A stretch of DNA of 32,143 nt from Asterionella formosa (lineage: Eukaryota): positions 1-32,143 of the forward strand of contig NKIB01000537.1 in NCBI GenBank assembly GCA_002256025.1, read 5' to 3'. The translations under genes and the position numbers were made by a program. Shown here piece after piece: positions 1 to 12,090 of the stretch. The first letter of the stretch is position 1. The number at the start of each line of letters is the position of its first letter. The notes below the pieces were generated by a model. It worked only from the letters and a program-made list of their open reading frames with translations. It was not told the DNA's origin and made no database searches.

Positions 1-770
1 CTGTTATTACCAGCATATTGTTAACATAGTACCAGTAGACTAATGCTGGTAAATCTCTTTCCTTCTGTAGTGACACATGCAGTCATCTACATATGAATTA
101 AGGACTGTGCATGCTTGTCTACAAAGTTTAAGAAAAATATTGCTTAACGTTGTCTTGATTAAATTAGATTCCATCATTTGCTTAAACCTAAATAGTCTTT
201 CAGTACTTTAACCCAAAGTAAAACGATTTGGAAAGTAAAATGGCTGTTGATCCAGTCTAGTACAATAGTAGTGGCTAAGACACCAAAGATGCTAGTTGTT
301 CTTTGACAGGAATGGGAGGTTGGGATTGGAGGGCAAAAGCCAGAAAGGCTATTTACAAGGGTTGAAAGGAGTAGACTGAAATTTATTTACTGCTGGTGCT
401 AAATTCTGTGGGAGACAGTTGCAATGCTAGTTTGTGCTGGTGATACTACTCCTGCAAACACAGCAATAGCTAGACCGAATTTATGAGCCATATGGCCAAG
501 ACCAAACAGTGACATACATACTCATGCATCTGATAAAAGATTTTTGCACTGGTGGGCATTCACTACTGTGTGTTTAGATAATTTCATTGAAATTTTGAAA
601 TTTGCAATGTCTTTAGTATTTACATTGCTTGTTTAGTACCTCAATTGTTATTAACTATTTTATCTCCTAGTAGTTTCATGGTTTGCATGTTAACATGCAT
701 ATTACTAGAAAAGTGGGGAGGTACAACAAGGGATTTCATTTCATGACAAAGCTATTAGAGGTGATGGTAT

Positions 771-1080
771 TACCCAGTCTATACAAGGCAGTATATATAC
801 TGAGCTTTGTCGAAGGTGCTAGTTAACTACCACTGCACTACATAGCGACGACTTTATGTACCAGGTTCCTGGTACCGGTACCCAGTCTAAACGAGTACCG
901 GTACATCGCTACATAGCTTTTTTGTCGAAGGTGCCGGTGCACAACAAAGCTACGACTATATGTACTTGGTACCTGGTACCCAGTCTACCCTGTACTCAAG
1001 TACCGGTATATGTGCATCGCGAGCTTTGTCGAAGGGGCTAGTTAACTACCAGTGCAGTACACAGCTACGACTATATGTAT
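771..1080. repeat. Three diverged tandem copies of a ~100-bp GTAC-rich unit
   Basis: Units start with TACCCAGTCTA at 771, 879 and 977. Each contains TTTGTCGAAGG and AGC(G/T)ACGACT(T/A)TATGTA. Confidence 0.9.
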
Positions 1081-1809
1081 GGCCATAAAAGGTTGCGCTG
1101 AGAGTTGATTTATTTTCGGGTACGTTCGTAGTATCACTGAACTAATGTACTAAACCTTAGAGCCTTACTACGAGCGCATACGTAGGTAATGGTTCCACTG
1201 CAATGTAACCTTCACACAGTGCTTGTTATACCAGTTACCAGCTAGCACAAGGAACGGTACTAGGTACTACGTATGCAGTTAGACTCTCACACCCACCTGA
1301 ATTTTACATCCTAATAATCTTGGTCATTTTCGAGGATTGGTCATAGTGTCAACAATTTTTTTCAGATACCAGTACCGGTCATGAGATTTACAAGAATAAA
1401 ATTGCCCTGTCATCGCTCTGCCTTGAGCGATGGCATCATGGCAATTACCTTGCTATATAGATTGCCGGTAGTCTACCGGTAGTCTGTTTAGTTCATACTT
1501 AACATATACCAGATGAATTACTGGTAGATCTGACTATGAGGAATGGTAAACATCCAAGGTACGTTTTCATGGAGTTCCGGGAAAGTCCGAATATTGCGAA
1601 TATTTGTCCGAAGATGCAGATCGGGTACGGTATATACCGGTAACTGTAAATAATATAAATACAGCATATAGGAGTATACCCGAAGTTTATTTTGTTTTAC
1701 CGGTATTATATTGTGTACATGTATTATGCCTTCTATCGGTAACAGGTACCAGGGCACCTAAGTGGATACCGTACATACGTAGTGCGCAGGGTTTCAACAT
1801 GAATATGGA

Positions 1810-1992
1810 TGTTGATAAACCCATCGGCCTTCTCCGGATTCCTCCGCCAAATGACCCAGAAAGCAAGCTAGCCCTAGCCAGTCCACTCACTCATAAATTA
1901 CGTAGTTCATCGATTTCCTTCACAACTGTCCTTTTGTGTTTTGAGTTCATCGATTTCCTTCACAACTGTCCTTTTGTGTTTTGAGTTCATCA
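1810..1992 (+). repeat. Candidate 5' LTR of the copia element
   Basis: Begins TGTTGA at 1810 and ends TTCATCA at 1992 (TG...CA with short imperfect inverted ends), 30 nt before the gag ATG. No partner LTR in the window to confirm it. Confidence 0.6.
1904..1991. repeat. Perfect 40-bp tandem duplication inside the LTR
   Basis: AGTTCATCGATTTCCTTCACAACTGTCCTTTTGTGTTTTG at 1904-1943 and 1944-1983, plus a partial AGTTCATC at 1984-1991. Confidence 0.97.
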
Positions 1993-2021
1993 AAAGAACT
2001 ACGTAATAGTGTCCTTTCATC

Positions 2022-3177
2022 ATGATGGCAGCAACTGCCGATTCAGCAATCACTGCCAACTTTCCAACCGCCATTCTGACTCTGCTGGCCAGTCTCAGTT
2101 CGCCTCTTACATACCTTTCTCTTGAAACAGCCCAAAGAGAGCTCAACGCGAATTCCGCTCCTGTGCATTCTTATGCCAGCGGTGGCCGCCATGGCCACCT
2201 CGCCCTCACCATTGCCCCTGTGGCCTACCTGGCTCTTTCTGGTGTTCTTTTCGTGCCCCCGGTTGCTCCTCCTGCTGCCCCCATTCACGGCGAGGCCCCA
2301 ACTGCAGCCCAGATCACTGAAGCCAATCGACTCCATCTGGCGGATCAGCGCATCTTTCAACGCTATCACGATGTCGACAGAGCGCTCCTCCGGCAGTTTA
2401 TTGCTGCAGTCCCACCTGTCTACATTACTGCGGCTTTAAATGACCGCACTTTTGGTTTTAGCAATGTCACCTGTCTCATGCTGCTCCAGCATCTGAAGGA
2501 ACATTTCGGCTGCATCACACTGTCAGAAATGGATGCTAACACAGCCTGCATGTCCACTGCATGGAACCCTCCCACTCCCATTGATGCCCTTTTTGCGCAC
2601 TGGATGATGGCGTCTACTTTGCTGCTGCTGGCCTTGATCCCCTGGTTGACTCCCATGTTGCGAGGTTAGGCTACAATATACTTCTCACCGCTGACTTGTT
2701 TGCAGATGCATGTTGTGAGTGGCGCCTCAGACCTGCCCCAGAACGTACATTTGTAGTATTCAAAGCTGATTTCCGGCGAATGGACATGGACTGACAGGAG
2801 GCCATGACCACTGGCTCTGCAGGTTTTCATGGCAGGGTAGCCAATAATGTTGCCGTTCTCCCAATCACTCTACTTTACGAGCATTCCCTTCTCCTAACAG
2901 AGCTTGCAGCCCTCCGGATCCAACTGGCTGCAGCTGTTGTTCCTGCAGTGCCTCCTTCAATGGTGGGTTACCGTACAACTCACCAGCCCTGTGGATACTG
3001 CTGGCCTGGACCCATGGAAGCAGCAACAATGTGGCCCACACTAGCCTTACATGTCTCAACAAAGCTGAGGGCCATCAAGATGCTGCCACCACCCACAACA
3101 AGATGGGCGGATCCACCCGCCACCGCCGGGGAGGAGCGTCTGGTGCTGGTGCTAGTGGGGTTAGGTAGGGCATCTGA
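2022..3177 (+). pseudogene. gag: Copia gag, frameshifted with internal stops
   Basis: GGRHGHLAL, FQRYHDVDRALLRQFIAAV and WNPPTPIDALF motifs. A CoDi-type knuckle YCWTHG...HTSLTC is recovered after removing a 5-nt insertion near 3005, followed by GHQDAAT..NKMGGS. Confidence 0.85.
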
Positions 3178-3358
3178 CGCATTGGGACAGCTGCTATACC
3201 TATTGCCGTGTCACTTCCAACAGGCATGCTCCCTGTAGTAAATTCTATAAAGCTAATTACCCCTGTTCTGATCCCGCACTTTGCAGCTCCCTCCCCGCAT
3301 CCAGTTCATATTACTAGTCGTCTTCCCATAGCTTCCTCGCTCCTCCTCCCTCATCATC

Positions 3359-4779
3359 TTGGACACTGGATGCACCGGTCACTTCCTCACAATGTCTGGT
3401 CCATACATCGAGGCACGCCCTTCCAATCCTGGCCTTGAGGTGCTCCTTCCCAGTGGTGCGACCATTCGATCTACCCACATAGCTTGTACCTTAGACCTTC
3501 CATCCCTACCGCTAGCTGCCCGCCAATGCCATCTATTTCCTGACCTCGCGTCTGGCTCACTTCTATCCATTGGTCAACTCTGCGATCATGGATGCCACAC
3601 CCACTTCGATGCCACCTCTGTCATGATCACCTGCACGGTGCAGCGACGGTGCTCCAAGGCACTCGCTCCCAGCAATCAGGCCTATCGCATACCACACCAG
3701 TCGTTGCCCCTGCTATGTCCGTGTCCCCTCCATTCCTGCCCCTCATACAACCAAGTAGTAGTTCCCTGCCAAGAATGGCTCTTTCTGCCCGCTCCACTTT
3801 TGTCAATAAGGTGGCATTCTATCATGCTGCAATGTTATCGCCCACCAGTGTTTCCATCTGGTGCAAGGCAATTGATGCTGGTTTCCTTACCACATCGCCT
3901 TACCTCACCTCCGCTCAAGTGCGCCGTCATCTCCCAGTCTCCGCACCCATGGTAAAAGGTCACTTGGATCAACAGCATGCAAACTTGTGTTCCACCTCGC
4001 CCATTGCACTGCCCAGTCCTTATCCCAGCCAATCACATCATCTCTTTGTCAAGCGACTGTCAGCCGGTAACTGGTCAAATACATTCAGACCCAACAAGAT
4101 GTTTCCTCACTGCCTCCAGCCAAGGTAATAGCTACATACTCATACTCTATGACTATGATAGTAATTACATACATGCTGAGCCCATGAAATCCCGCATTGG
4201 CCCTGAAATCTTGGGGGCCTGCTAACAAGCACTCCACCTTCTTTCCAGTTGAGGACTCACACCCAAGCACCAAGGGGGAGCAACTCCATTCCCTGGCGAT
4301 GTTCTGAGATTGCCCATTATTCCTCCTCCTCCGCTAAGGACCCCCAGGGGGGCAACTGCCACCACATATACCACCGTCACGGGAAACCCAGGGCGCCGCA
4401 GGCACACTGCCCAACATACCCATCCTGTGGCCATCTATGCTGCCACTCCCAGGCAGCGCAAAAGGGGGCAACAACCCCTCCACATAGCAGCAACCATACT
4501 ACTCCCAGGCAACCATTTTGCGGCCCTGCCTCTCCTCCATCTCCCAGTGGCTGTTCCCCTCCTCCTCTTATTCCTGCAACGGTCGCCTGCACGCAGCCCC
4601 ACCAGCCAGCTCCAGCTGTCCCAGTTCATGATACCAGATGGCATCATTTCGCCAACTCCGTTATAGATCCGACAACTGGCGCCCCTCTTAGTTCTTACCG
4701 CCAACTCCGCAGTGGCCCTAATGGTGCAGAGTGGCTCCAGAGTGCGTCCAACAAAATTGGGCGCCTGGCCCAGGGTATC
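3359..4779 (+). pseudogene. pol: Copia pol fragment (protease, partial integrase, start of RT region)
   Basis: Aspartic protease DTG at ~3362, LLSIGQLCDHGC, and integrase N-terminal motifs at 3950-4225. The integrase core appears deleted near 4275, and the sequence breaks off after RLAQGI. Confidence 0.88.
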
Positions 4780-4827
4780 ATTAACGTGATGGGGGCGGGA
4801 CAAGTGGGCATAGCAGATAAACTAGGT

Positions 4828-5732
4828 TTAATAGTAGTAGCTTGGTTGAGAATCATGGCTGATTGTCCATGGTTTCCAGACTTCCCGAATCCAAAGCGCA
4901 AACACCGACTCATTGACCCATGCCTTTGCCTGACAACAATAAACCATCTGTGGGGGATAAGGAAACTGTTGATTGTTGAATTCTCGCTGGATCCTGGCAT
5001 CAGGTACTCCTTTGAAAACAACAAGAGGAGCAATCTTCTCTCCAGAGGACATGATGGTAACACCCAACAACACTGTGCAACGCATGCTGCTGCCATTGGT
5101 GCATAAACTGATGGTTTTCGCACCTTTATCAGCTAGCGTGAGCCCGCCTGCCATATCGAAATAAATGTTTTTCTCATCTATATTTACGATACTAGCACGA
5201 TGATATGACCCTTCAAAAAACTGTGAGTTTATGTACTGGAGATACTCCTGCATGACACTCAGTACATAGCGCGTGTTTTGTGCCTTGTGGGTGATACAAC
5301 GATACACGATGTTTTGGGATGTGCACCAACGATGAGTTATATGCTGTTGAATAACGCTCAAGCTAACAACATGCCCCGGCAAGCGCTTCAGCTCAGCAGC
5401 AAGCAACATGATCAAACAAGCGCAATCATCACCAAGTAGCTGATCATACAAGTGACAAATCGCCGCAGATTCAGCTGCACTATTGCTAGCTACGCGACTT
5501 TGCCTAAATGAAAAATTTGTTTTTTCAGTAGAAGACGACCCTCATCCAACAATAAACCTTCTACATCAGAATAACGATGGTCGAAATCATGAAACAAGTT
5601 AGCTTTCCAGCGCCGAATATTGCTGGTGCCGATGCCAAACTTACATGCAACAGCCTTGATGATGCCGGGGAGTTCCCATCATGCTTCATCCACTATGTCG
5701 CGCTTTTCTTGCAAGGTGAAGAACTTTCTCAT
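4828..5732 (-). pseudogene. pogo-like DDE transposase with N-terminal HTH
   Basis: N-terminus from 5732: MRKFFTLQEKRDIVDEA*...AVACKFGIGTSNIRRWK (HTH-like). Catalytic region: IVNIDEKNIYFDM, GSSMRCTVLLGVT..GEKIAPLVVFKG, QAKAWVNE..WIREVWKP. Breaks off at the expected second Asp (LLL[D]). Stops and frameshifts present. Confidence 0.9.
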
Positions 5733-5836
5733 TTTTCACTTTTCGGAAACAGTGATCACATTAATAAATATTAGAAAAATGCGCGCCATCCTGTAGAACA
5801 AATATAATTAACTTAGGACTAGTATAAGGGAAATCT

Positions 5837-5924
5837 CTTCATTGTCCTGGACCCCCCCCTTAAGTAAAATCAGTCAAATTCAGTCACGGCAGTGTACTAC
5901 ATTGGGGGGTCCAGGACGATGAAG
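5837..5924. repeat. 21-bp inverted repeat at the pogo end
   Basis: CTTCATTGTCCTGGACCCCCC (5837-5857) versus GGGGGGTCCAGGACGATGAAG (5904-5924), one mismatch. Confidence 0.92.
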
Positions 5925-6049
5925 TATATGGTAAGTGTCCAGTAGATGTCTGATAATGTCCGATGGTGATACCATGGTACTGGTACCAGGTTGTTGCTCA
6001 ACATGTAGAGTTTACATATTATATGTTAAGTTGCGATAGCATACACGAT

Positions 6050-7250
6050 GCCCTTAGGAAAGGGCATTATGCCAGACCGCCAAATTTGGCGATGCTGATA
6101 AAGTTGGATACATGGGAACACTTTTTCCATGCTTCATTTCCTCATATAGAATAGTTGATCTGGAGGTATCACTTCCCAACACGGTGGAAATGCCACACTA
6201 TCAGTGGCGGTCTCTAAGCATTCATGATCTCAAACGCCCAGGCTATGAGGATGATCATCATTAAAGAGTCAATTGCAACACATACTGCAGCTTTATAAAC
6301 AGCAACATCTGATATAATCCCAAGTTTTTAACCATGGCTGAATCACAACATGTCAGTTACAGAAATATCTGATCTCTTACCAGATGAGGCACATGGCTGA
6401 ATTCTTCATTACCATGCCCACCTAGCACTATGTGAGATAATTGGGAATAGTGCATTTTGGCGTCATATGAAAAAAGGCCCTACACAAAGGGTAGAGTGCT
6501 GTTACAGACTAATTTTGATGGATATGTACTTGCTACACATGGGCGTCTTTCATTAAGTGATCCTTATGCTCCACAATTCATTCCTGGCATGCTCACCAAC
6601 CTCATTATACTGTTGGTGAAGAAACCACGAATGAACCATGACTGGAAAGATACATTCTCCTTTGCTGGTGCAGGGGAAATCAGTATGCTTTGCTCAGGCT
6701 TTACTGTCTCTTCCATCGCTTCTCATCCCAGTAGACTCTGTCCACGATCATGTTATGAAGCGATGAAAGGACCCTTCCGAGGAGAATGAACTGCATCACT
6801 CTTTCATCATCTAGATAACTGTCATAGCACTGGGCCCTTTGGCGCTCAGGGCCTTCCACGAGCAACTCTGGTTCCTGCGGTCTTGGTTCTTAAACATGTG
6901 GCGAATTCAGCCAAACAGATAAATGATCGCAAAGTACGGCTTTGTGTAAATGGAAGCTATCAAATCAAAGGAGTGATTATATTGAATCCTTCGCTTCCAC
7001 CATACTAGCCATTTCGATCAAAGTTTTTTTGGCTATTGGCAAATATATGCATTACGATTTCGATCATCTAGATATCAGCAATTCCTTTCAGAATACTCCA
7101 GCTCCACCGAGGAAAACAGCAGGGAACCGTATCTGGCTCAACGTTTTTCCTGAATATATGCTTTGGTATCAAAACAGGTTTCTAGTTCAATATTTAACAA
7201 TTGAACAAAATTTCCCACATGCAATAATGCATAAGGAGCACCAAACAGCA
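6050..7250 (+). pseudogene. pol: Second degenerate copia pol fragment (RT N-terminal half, probably preceded by integrase remnants)
   Basis: From 6720 to 7100 it reads PRSCYEAMKGPFRGE*..VLVLKHV..RKVRLCVNGSYQIKG[frameshift]DYIESFASTI..SIKVFLAIG..HLDISNSFQNT, the copia RT motif series. The left boundary is approximate. Confidence 0.8.
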
Positions 7251-10200
7251 AGATAATGAACGAAGCTTGGGATCAAGAGGAAAAACAGAGGAGTCAATCT
7301 TGAACAAAGAGATTTGACTAAGTTGGGTATTTGCGTGTAGGCCTTGAGTCCTACTGGTCCATTTGCAAACGGAAGGAAAAGAGGATGCACTGTTTGTCCA
7401 ATTGATTCAGAGGGACTGTAAGGCCAATAAGAGCATATTCCAGTGTGTCTCCTAAAACAACAGGGATGACACCAGGGAGCAGTGTATGTTAAGTCACAGT
7501 AGAATATGGTAACATGGAATCAAAATGAAGGTGGCAAGAAATGATGTGAATCGCCAATATTGCTGGAGAAAATGTAACAGAATTTATTTCCTGAGTAGGT
7601 GGGATCCCATGTGCAAGCAGTTGCAAAAGTTAAAAGAAATCCACTATAACCTCTTGCAAAAGGTATAGACAGAGCTCATTGGATTTCTATGTTGGCTGTA
7701 CTAAGGCAAATAATTCCTTAGTAGTTCCAATGTAATCTTCAGGAGTATGAAATAGCATGCACTTGCTGATGAGAAATGTAGTAAGTAGAGACCAGAGTAA
7801 ATTTAGTTCAATCTTGTAAATAGAAAGAATTACACAATGGAGGTGAATATCAACATCAATCAAAGTACGACTTCCAATCCAAAGAGCTGAGCAATCTTCC
7901 ATGTAAGGTACAATTGTCATGGTATCATGAACCTTCCAATGAGATTGATACAGGAACATGAGATACCTAAATATTTCCAAAGCAAGGCGATCTTTCAAAG
8001 ATTGCATTGTGAAATTCCAGAAATCTTCTTCCAGTGGAGAATTTGCACTAATAATTTGGATTATAAACCAAAGATATAGTAATGGAGACTAAGTACGACG
8101 TGGTGCATGTTACTATGGTGCGACATGTATCCAGAATGCCATTGATGAACCCTGCTGTGATTGTTAGCATCTTTGTTTTGGTGTAGGCAACTTCATTTAT
8201 TTGGTAAATGCAAATCATTCAGAGGCTCAGTTTACAGTCATCCATTTTCTGTGCTATTGAATTCATAACATAAGGAGACAACCTATTCCAAGTTGAATTG
8301 ACTACCATGGTAGCAGATAAATCATCACATGGGACCAATGTGCCAAAACCAGGTATGTATGAACTGATACGATTACAAAGTGATTTGAAGTAAAGCCATG
8401 ATCCCCACCATCAGCAATGGCATAAGGTATATAGTGAGATTGACATGGATCAGCAATGTAAGAAGTGCCTTGCAATACTGTAAAACATGTGCATATGAGG
8501 GGCAGAACATTCAAACTGGGAGTTTGATTTGTATAGCAGTAAGTCTTGTCATGTAGACATGATCCAAACATGATAGTAGATGGGAGCGTTGGATTGAATC
8601 GCCGTTCGCTCAAGAAGTCATCAAAAGTGATTGCATAACAAGTAACCATCAACCTGAATGTCATTGACTTGGCATAGGAATCGTGAATGAAACCCCAAAC
8701 TGGGAGATATTGTGCTGAAGGGCAAAATGAGTTGGATAGACTGGAAAACAGGTGTTTAAAAACAAATTGCTGCTGTAAACTCCTCAACCATTTGAGTATA
8801 AGGGTACTGATTCATTCACATATTGTATTGGTCTGGATGACTAAATTCGCCAATATGAGCATATTTCATTATGTAAATGACATCAAAATGAAGGCAGAGA
8901 TTAGTGATGTGAATTGACCTGGTGACACTAGACCGTATTTCAGGGCTGTAAAATAGGAGCGAGTACTGTTTGGATCATCAACCTGAATACCTTGAGTAGA
9001 GAAACAAGAAGTGCGAGGTGTTGGAAGGTAGTTCTTGAGAAATGATCTAACTTGGTTGTAAAAACCAACCATTTGAAGCCAAAGCATACCATCCAAAACT
9101 CGATTATTTTCCAAGAATGAAGGGTGATCATCAAGTGTTAACATATTCAACGAAAATGAAACAAACTGTTTCAACTGTAAAGGAAACAGGGCCAGAAAGT
9201 GATCACACTTGATATTTGGCATGATTCTATTGTGACATGCAATCAAAGAAGATTGCCGTTCAATCTCTGTTTCAATGTAGTCAGAACATTGTAGATGAGC
9301 AGAAATGCTAAAACTAATACCAGGAAAGTAGGGCAGTGTATTGAGTGTTGTATTGCAGCAACAGATCCATGAGCAATTGACAACTGGAAACAGTGTACTG
9401 GTGGCACTGAGTTGAATGGTCAGCAGTATGGAATGAATAGATGTATTGATGTTGAAACAAACCACCATGGTGGATAAACAACAGATGACCAGGAAGGAAT
9501 TATTTCTCCATAGAGCTCAGTGGTAGATTTAAGCCAATAGTGCTGAGATTAGTAGTGGCTTGAATAACACATGCAGTATGCTGATGAAATGCTTCAAAAG
9601 GAAGTGTGTAACATAATATGATTGGCATCAACATGATAAATCCACCATCAACAATGAGATTCAAAAGAGTTACCACATCATAGGATATTGATGAGGGAAG
9701 TGAATTACAATTGCAAGATCTAAAATTGATGCAGAGATACTAGGTGCAAATGCAATTATAGTGGAAGCCAGATGAAGGAGTACCAGTGATCAGTAAACTT
9801 TGTGGAATGGTCAGCAGTATGGAATGAATAGATGTTTTGGTGTTGAAACAAACCATCATGGATAAACAACACATGAACTGAATGGATGTATTTCTTCATA
9901 TGGCTAAGTGGGAGATTCAAGCCAATATGCAGAGATAAGTGCAACTGCAATTCTGGTGGAAGCCAGATGAAGGAGCACCAGATATCAGCATTGTCGAATG
10001 TAAATTTTGCAGCTGGGGATGAAGCAGTGTGATATGCACAATCGAACAGTGGGAGAAAAGAGGAGATGCAAATTGAATTTTTGCAAACATGATATCGGAG
10101 CAGAAGAGTATCCTGGAATGGAGCAGTGCAATCTGCGCTATCAGAAAGTGGGAGAATTGACTTGCAAATTGAGATGCTGCAAACATGATTTTGGAGCAAA

Positions 10201-10703
10201 AGAGAATCCCCAATAGGTGACTGGGAAGGGTCACACTTGAGATATGCATTGCATAAGTCTATGATGACTTGTAATCAAATATTGATCAGCAATGTACTCA
10301 GAACATTGTTGATAAACAGACAAAGTAAAAGAAATACCAGGTGGTCTTCAAACATGATCTAGGAGCAGAAGCTTAGCCCCAAAAGCAGTTTTTAAAACAT
10401 AATCTTGGAGTAGAAGATTAACACCAGTATGGATGTTGCAAACATGTTTTTGGAGCAAAAAGGTATTGCCATCAGACCATGGAGACTTATCAAACGTGAT
10501 TTTTGGGATGATTCTATATAGACAGCATGCAATCAAGAAAAAAGATTCCTGTGCAGGCTCTGTTGCAATGTAGCCAGAACACTGTAGATGAACAGGGAAG
10601 CTGAAAGTAATGACCAGAACTTGAGGGTAATTATAGGTATCAGGAGCAGAATTGAAGATCTTGAGTGCTGATGGGATTTGAAGGTGAGTTGAGACCACCA
10701 CCT

Positions 10704-11342
10704 CTACAAAGAATCAGGGTCATGGATTCCTTGCATATTAGTGGTAGGAATTGAAACATCAGTCAATGACTCAGGTGGGTAAGGCGATGTATCATGCAGT
10801 GATGAATGCACAGTTAGAGGAGTAGAATGGTTCTTCTTGATAGTGGACTTGAGTTTGTGATCTAGTTGACTGAGTTTGTTTATATTACAAATACGATCCT
10901 CAGCAACAAATGCAAACAGAGCATACATGGCATCTTCATCAGTAGTATCAGTATTTTGCACAACTGATGACTGAGAACCAAAACAACATATGCTGCCAGT
11001 TGAAGGTGGGATTGGTGTACTCTTGGCATCCTTTTCCTTCACCAAAAGTTCTTTTCTGTTCCAATATAATTTATTGAAATGCAAGCAATCTTCTGTCTCA
11101 TGGTAGCTTCCAAAACAAATGCTACAGCAAAGAGGATCAGATAATTTATTGAAATGCAAGCAATCTATTGTCTTGTAGTTGCTTCCAAAAAAAATGACAC
11201 AGCAAAGAGGAGTAATCATGGCATCTTCAGCAGTAGTATCATTATTTTGTACACTGGGATGAAATGCTGTTGAGAAGCACAACACCCAGAAAGAGCAATG
11301 GAATAAAAAGAATTGAGACTTGTTGATTGTGGCATGCAACAT
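10704..11342 (-). pseudogene. gag: gag fragment with CCHC zinc knuckle
   Basis: CSICFGSYHETEDC fits C-x2-C-x4-H-x4-C and is preceded by a degenerate copy, CVIFFGSNYKTIDC. Confidence 0.7.
11066..11211. repeat. 75-bp in-frame tandem duplication of the zinc knuckle
   Basis: ATAATTTATTGAAATGCAAGCAATC...ACAGCAAAGAGGA at 11066 and 11141. Confidence 0.92.
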
Positions 11343-11665
11343 TCCTGAAGGGAGTGTTGATGATGGCTATGACATGTCATAGAAGAACGTGCATGGTCAA
11401 AATGAGAATGAGTAGGTTGTGAAGGAGACATGTAACAACATTCCTGAATGGTTTGTCGATGGGGATGATGTTGATATCTAACATGACCAATAGAAAAAGA
11501 CATGAAAGTTTCTGAAGGTAGTGTTGTTGATGAAGGCTACGATATGCAGAAAATGCAGAAACATGCCTAATAGGAGAATGGGTAGGTAGTGAAGGAGACC
11601 TGAAACATTCCTGAATGGTTTGTCGATGGGGATGTCGAACATGACCAAAAGGAGGAGACATGAAA
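11338..11665. repeat. Two diverged ~170-bp tandem units
   Basis: AACATTCCTGAATGGTTTGTCGATGGGGATG occurs at ~11437 and ~11604, and flanking GTGAAGGAGAC and AACATGACCAA are also repeated. Confidence 0.85.
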
Positions 11666-12073
11666 CGTTTGGTGTTAAAATATTTCTTTTCATTGCTAGT
11701 TTACAGCAAAAATTGATATCTTTTTGTCACTGGTGCGATCAAGAGAAAGGAAATGAGGGGTTGATCGAAAATCGGCTGATTTCCTTCATTTTCCTGCAAT
11801 CCTGGTCACATTTCAAACTTAAGCTAGTAATATATATATATACATATACAGTGAGCTCAAGTCTGAAATGTGACCACCAGGATTGACTGAGCGATGAAAA
11901 AGTTGAAAATGGTGAAGCAATAACAATATTTTTTTCGGACTTTCAGATTTGGTATGTTTTGACTTAAAAACAGTAGTTTCATCATTATGAAGCTACAAAT
12001 ATATAAAAAGGATTGTCGCCATGATGAGCCAGATTCAAGCAACAATTACTCTACTACTAAGTGGCTTGGATGT

Positions 12074-12090
12074 TTGGCTCCGATTTTCCA
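12074..12090 (-). promoter_or_regulatory. Possible degenerate tRNA-iMet primer-binding site of the minus-strand copia
   Basis: The minus strand reads ...CA-C-TGGAAAATCGGAGCCAA, resembling the canonical TGGTATCAGAGC, upstream of the gag relic. No matching second LTR was found. Confidence 0.3.

Larger units (their letters stand above)
1810..4779 (+). mobile_element. Degenerate, 3'-truncated Ty1/copia LTR retrotransposon (diatom CoDi-like)
   Basis: Candidate LTR followed by gag, protease (LDTGCTGHF), integrase (KGHLDQ; TGQIHSDPT..YILILYDYDSNYIHAEPMKSR) and the pre-RT segment (ANSVIDPTTG..YRQL..EWLQSASNKIGRLAQGI). This is copia order, with IN before RT. Many frameshifts. Confidence 0.9.
4826..5931 (-). 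mobile_element. pogo-type (IS630-Tc1-mariner superfamily) DNA transposon with one end missing
   Basis: Transposase relic plus a candidate terminus reading TA|CCATATACTTCATCGTCCTGGACCCCCC on the minus strand (TA at 5932-5933). The terminal motif recurs inverted at 5837-5857. Confidence 0.8.
7687..11670 (-). mobile_element. Heavily decayed Ty1/copia element (gag to RNase H)
   Basis: CCHC knuckle at ~11085-11130, RT-like relic at 8870-9050 (CFSTQGIQVD..TRSYF..LISAF) and RNase H-like relic at 7690-7920 (VPYMEDCSA..SRTLIDVDIHLH), all on the minus strand in the expected order. Strong CpG depletion. Boundaries approximate. Confidence 0.6.

Noticed and set aside
1..770. Decayed gene on the minus strand
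   Set aside because: It is CpG-depleted and probably TE-derived, but all frames examined are stop-riddled with no identifiable motif.
771..1080. CRISPR-like array, or the 856-1041 ORF as a gene
   Set aside because: It is a degenerate tandem repeat, and the ORF is low-complexity translation of GTAC motifs.
7400..7690. 3' LTR partner for the minus-strand copia
   Set aside because: No convincing similarity to the sequence beyond 12092 could be seen.
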